DNA of 38,491 nt from contig NC_068981.1 of NCBI RefSeq assembly GCF_001194135.2, positions 158,126,918 to 158,165,408 on the forward strand, in the 5' to 3' direction. The notes under the pieces were generated by a model. The model had not been told where the DNA came from. It ran no database searches and worked only from the letters and a program-made list of their open reading frames with translations. Origin of the DNA: Octopus bimaculoides. Its lineage: Eukaryota. A program made the translations under genes and the position numbers. Position 1 is the stretch's first letter; the number at the start of each line of letters is the position of its first letter. This document shows, in pieces, positions 35,146-38,491 of the stretch.

Positions 35146-35487
35146 TAAATAATATCTGTCAGCTGTTATCGCTGTTGTTTAATTAGTTCAGATTGATTAA
35201 GCATAATGTATCTAAGACTTTGCTAAAATCTCTTTAAGACAGTATATTGTTATTTGAGGGCGATTAGGCTACTATTTCTAACATTGAACAACAATAGAGA
35301 TTTCTAGAGGAATCGGCTGAGTTGTTGCTTTTCAGTTGATGGCGATGGTTGACTTTCTTCGTTTATTGTAAGTAGTATTATTTGCCCGTGCTGTTCAAGT
35401 ACTGCTACGAGTGAAAACTTGGATATTTGGAGAGCTTTTTGCTCTTTTGCTGTGGTTGATGTTTATGTGCAGCCCCATTTCAACCCG

Positions 35488-35735
35488 ACTGAGCGGGTCT
35501 ATGATCAAAAGTATTTTAGATATAAACATACTGTCTTTTACCCAGAGACAGTAGGCTTGCGGCTACATTATCAAATGTATCCTCTCAGTGAAGGTCGATA
35601 CCGCAACTTCAACTCCAACCATCCATACAGTGTAAAGAGAGGATACATTTGATAATGTAGCCGTAAGCCTACTGTCTTTGGGTAAAAGACAGTATGGTTA
35701 CATCTAAAATACTTTTGATTATAGACCCGCTCAGT
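35488..35735. repeat. 99-bp inverted repeat with a 50-nt spacer
   Basis: 35488-35586 versus the reverse complement of 35637-35735: 5 mismatches in 99. Confidence 0.95.
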
Positions 35736-36389
35736 ACCTAAAACATCGAGCAAAGAAATAGCGATCGTGATACGCACCACGAAGAAATTATCAATCTCAG
35801 TAACAATCTGTTAAGCAACAACTACCCCCAAAAACATACTATCCACTCTAATTATGAAGAAAAGAGAGGATAAAACCAATAAACTGTCCTTAGTCTGTCT
35901 ACCCTATGTGAAAAGCCTCTCCGAAAAGATACAAAAGATATGCTGCTCATATGACATCAGGACAGTATTCAAGAGTAATACAACACTTCGCAAATATCTC
36001 CTTTGAGTAAAATCACCAATAGAAGAAAATATGACCAAAAATTGTGTGTACTCCATCCCATGCAGCTGTGGTAGCGAAACAAGCCGCCCTTTCAAAATAA
36101 GGGTAGAGGAACATCGCAAAGTTGTGACACGAGGAGATATTGATAAATCGGGTATAGCTGATCATGTATGGAGAAACGGAGACCACCTCCCCCTGTGGGA
36201 TGAAGTTAAAATAATAGACAGAAAACATCACTGGAAAATACGAAAACTAAAAGAAACAGCACATATGCTAGGACACAACCTCCTAAGCAGACCGAGTGCA
36301 GATATGAATAGCATACGGGAACTGGTATTAAGGAAGGATAGAAGAATATTAGATTTATAAGTCTTAAAATTCATTCCGAAATTGCCCAC

Positions 36390-36462
36390 GGGCATATGGC
36401 ATAGTTGTTAAGAGCGCGGGCTTCTAACCCCAAGATTCCGAGTTCGATTCCAGGCAGTGACC
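36390..36462 (+). promoter_or_regulatory. tRNA-like head (Pol III A/B boxes) inside the PLE 3' region
   Basis: A-box-like TGGCATAGTTG (36397-36407), anticodon-like loop ggg-CTTCTAA-ccc, B-box GAGTTCGATTCC (36440-36451). Confidence 0.7.
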
Positions 36463-36536
36463 TGAATAATAATAATAACAGCAATAACATTGAAAAATAC
36501 CTTCGGAATGAGAACCCAGATTCGAAATTTCCCCAA

Positions 36537-36582
36537 GACACCTGATGGAGGCTGGAGGGTATATCAGCCGAAACGTTGTGTT
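36537..36582 (+). ncRNA. Minimal hammerhead ribozyme, A9G variant
   Basis: gacac CTGATGG a ggctg-gagggtatat-cagcc GAAACGTT gtgtt. Same fold as 23706-23751, but the core reads CUGAUGG. Confidence 0.65.
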
Positions 36583-36670
36583 AAAAACAAAGAAGATGAG
36601 GACAAATATACGTCAAATGTAAATAATGTATTTAAGATTTTATTGTACAGTTTAAGTTTTAAAAACTGTT

Positions 36671-36729
36671 TACAATAGTACGACATACAATAGTACGACA
36701 TAGTACCATTACAATAGTACGACATACAA
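36671..36729 (+). repeat. 15-bp tandem repeat (tacaatagtacgaca x3, one interruption)
   Basis: Units at 36671, 36686 and 36710. Confidence 0.9.
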
Positions 36730-37086
36730 AACGTCATAAAGAGCTACAGGCATCTCGATAGCCACAGATTGCTTATGTTTGATGTATAGAAACTCGTTTG
36801 GAGCAAGGGATGTGAAGGGACATACATACAAGTTTGGTTTCGTTTTCAGTTCAAGGTTATTATATACCAACTCATCTGGAACAAAGCATGACTGAAGTTA
36901 GATGTTCAGAGACGTAAAAAAATTACAATAATCTATATTAATCTGATGATCTTCATAGCTGAAATGATACAAAAATTTATTAATCCAGTTTGAAATTTAA
37001 AGAATGTGAGATTATAAAGATAACTTCGAAATTATCAAAAGAATCTTATTTCTTTTCTAATTCGTTGGTGTTATACGTATACATAT

Positions 37087-37103
37087 ACAAATACATACAT
37101 ACA

Positions 37104-37190
<87 letters not shown>

Positions 37191-37222
37191 GTGTGTAAGT
37201 GTGTGTGTGTGCGTGTGTGTGT
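37087..37222 (+). repeat. (GT)n microsatellite
   Basis: Directly visible. It is one of many (AT)n, (GT)n and (TATG)n tracts across the window. Confidence 0.95.
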
Positions 37223-38491
37223 ACACGCAATTGTTTGTATGCAAACATTTTTGTTTCATTCCATTTTCCTCTAGGGACATTTATTGAAAAGGCAGCTCCT
37301 TACTTTAACAGATCTTTGTAAATAGTGGTTCATGGAACAGATCTTTTATATCCTGTGTACTCTGATGAAAAAAAATTCAAGAATAGGTATCGGAAAATCA
37401 TCAATATTCACTCTCATCTTCTTTTAATACTTATATAGATAGTAAACCACTGGCCTTTTAGGAAAACATTTCCCAATGCCACACTATTGTAAGATCTCCA
37501 GTAAATGTACACTAAAAATATCTACTCTTGCGTTACCAATATAAAATCAATCGTAACATCCAAAAACCATGCTAACTGTATATCCATGGTGTTCAAGTAG
37601 AAAGAAAATGCATGTCCTTTAGACCAAACATGCAACGATTAGTCAGATGTTTATGAAGCAGAGGTTAACACAGTTGATCCGAATCAGACATTGGAAGAAA
37701 AAGTTATATCGGCATGGTGTTGGGCTGATTTAATTGAGGTCCTATAACCTTTTTCCATCTTTCAATCAACCAGATCAGCAGATAACCACAACATTGGAAG
37801 AACATATGTGATCTTTGAAAGACAGAAGGATCGAAAAATAGAAGCGTCAAATGAAGAATACTCGTGTATTCTTCAAGTTTGTGTAACTGAGTGGGCATAA
37901 ATTCTACAAAGTCCTAAAGAGCCTAATACACGTCTCAACTTCAAAATTGAATCCTCCCATGACCAGATTCATACTAGCCAACTGAAAAAACAAACCCTCG
38001 AGGCACGGACCATTTTCAGGAACTGCCTTGCTACGAAGAACTCTAGTGTTTCCTTTTCCCTCTTCCGTTTCTTCACATTCCCAGTTTAACAGTTTTCTAT
38101 GCATTTGAGCCGGAATACCGTTGCTCAAACACAATAACAGACTTAGCACACTCTATGAGATTCAGTGCACAGACTGGACGTTATTATCCTTAGAATTTTC
38201 GAGCGAATATGGAAGTGAAAGAATCACACACGCACGCACGCACACACACACGCACACACACACACACACACACGCCCACGCACACACACGCTCACACACG
38301 CGCGCATACACACATGCATGCACGCACGCACGCACATCGCGCGCACACACAAATGTACAGATGCAATGATTGAGTGTATTTGTCTATGGTTTTCAGATAG
38401 ATAGATAGATAGACATATCTATGCATGTATATGCCTACATGCGTTTATGTATATAAATATTTATAAACATATGTTATATATATATATATAT

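Larger units (their letters stand above)
35590..36632 (+). mobile_element. 5'-truncated Penelope-like element, copy 2 (same family as 23645-24935)
   Basis: GRYRNFNSNHPYSVKRG, and ORF 36031-36360 GIY-YIG (CVYSIPCSCG...KIRVEEHRK...HVWRNGDHLPLWDEVKIIDRKHHWKIRKLKE). It has the same 3' module as copy 1. Confidence 0.9.

Noticed and set aside
36390-36462. Possible genuine tRNA-Arg(TCT) gene
   Set aside because: Acceptor and T stems pair poorly, the homologous copy at 23.9 kb has a different anticodon-loop sequence, and it is embedded in a retroelement. It is treated as tRNA-derived.
37704-38149. Two short minus-strand ORFs of ordinary composition
   Set aside because: No recognisable domain, weak splice signals, and stops in the connecting frames.

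Overview
AT-rich eukaryotic DNA, very dense in repeats, from a draft assembly with eight N-gaps (about 4.1 kb in total, most flanked by microsatellites). The tRNA-derived SINEs and the heavy microsatellite load suggest an octopus (coleoid cephalopod) genome; this is inferred from recalled repeat sequences, not from a search. I cannot support any host protein-coding gene, and most ORFs in the track come from microsatellites or gaps. The window is a graveyard of transposons: three Penelope-like elements (PLEs) with GIY-YIG endonuclease remnants, RTE-like and CR1/jockey-like LINE RT fragments, an R2/R4-type (RLE) LINE 3' end plus a second copy of its 3' UTR, a deleted Gypsy LTR element, two Tc1/mariner remnants, and several SINEs. 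The main signal not shown in the ORF track is RNA-level. There are six hammerhead-ribozyme (HHR) or HHR-like motifs, at 7.2, 9.0, 16.2, 21.3, 23.7 and 36.5 kb; two have intact cores and full stems I and II. Both copies of one PLE family end in the same module: a tRNA-like Pol III promoter head, an (AAT/AAC)n spacer, and a minimal palindromic HHR. A 99-bp inverted repeat with microhomology-bounded junctions and a perfect 17-bp hairpin are also present.
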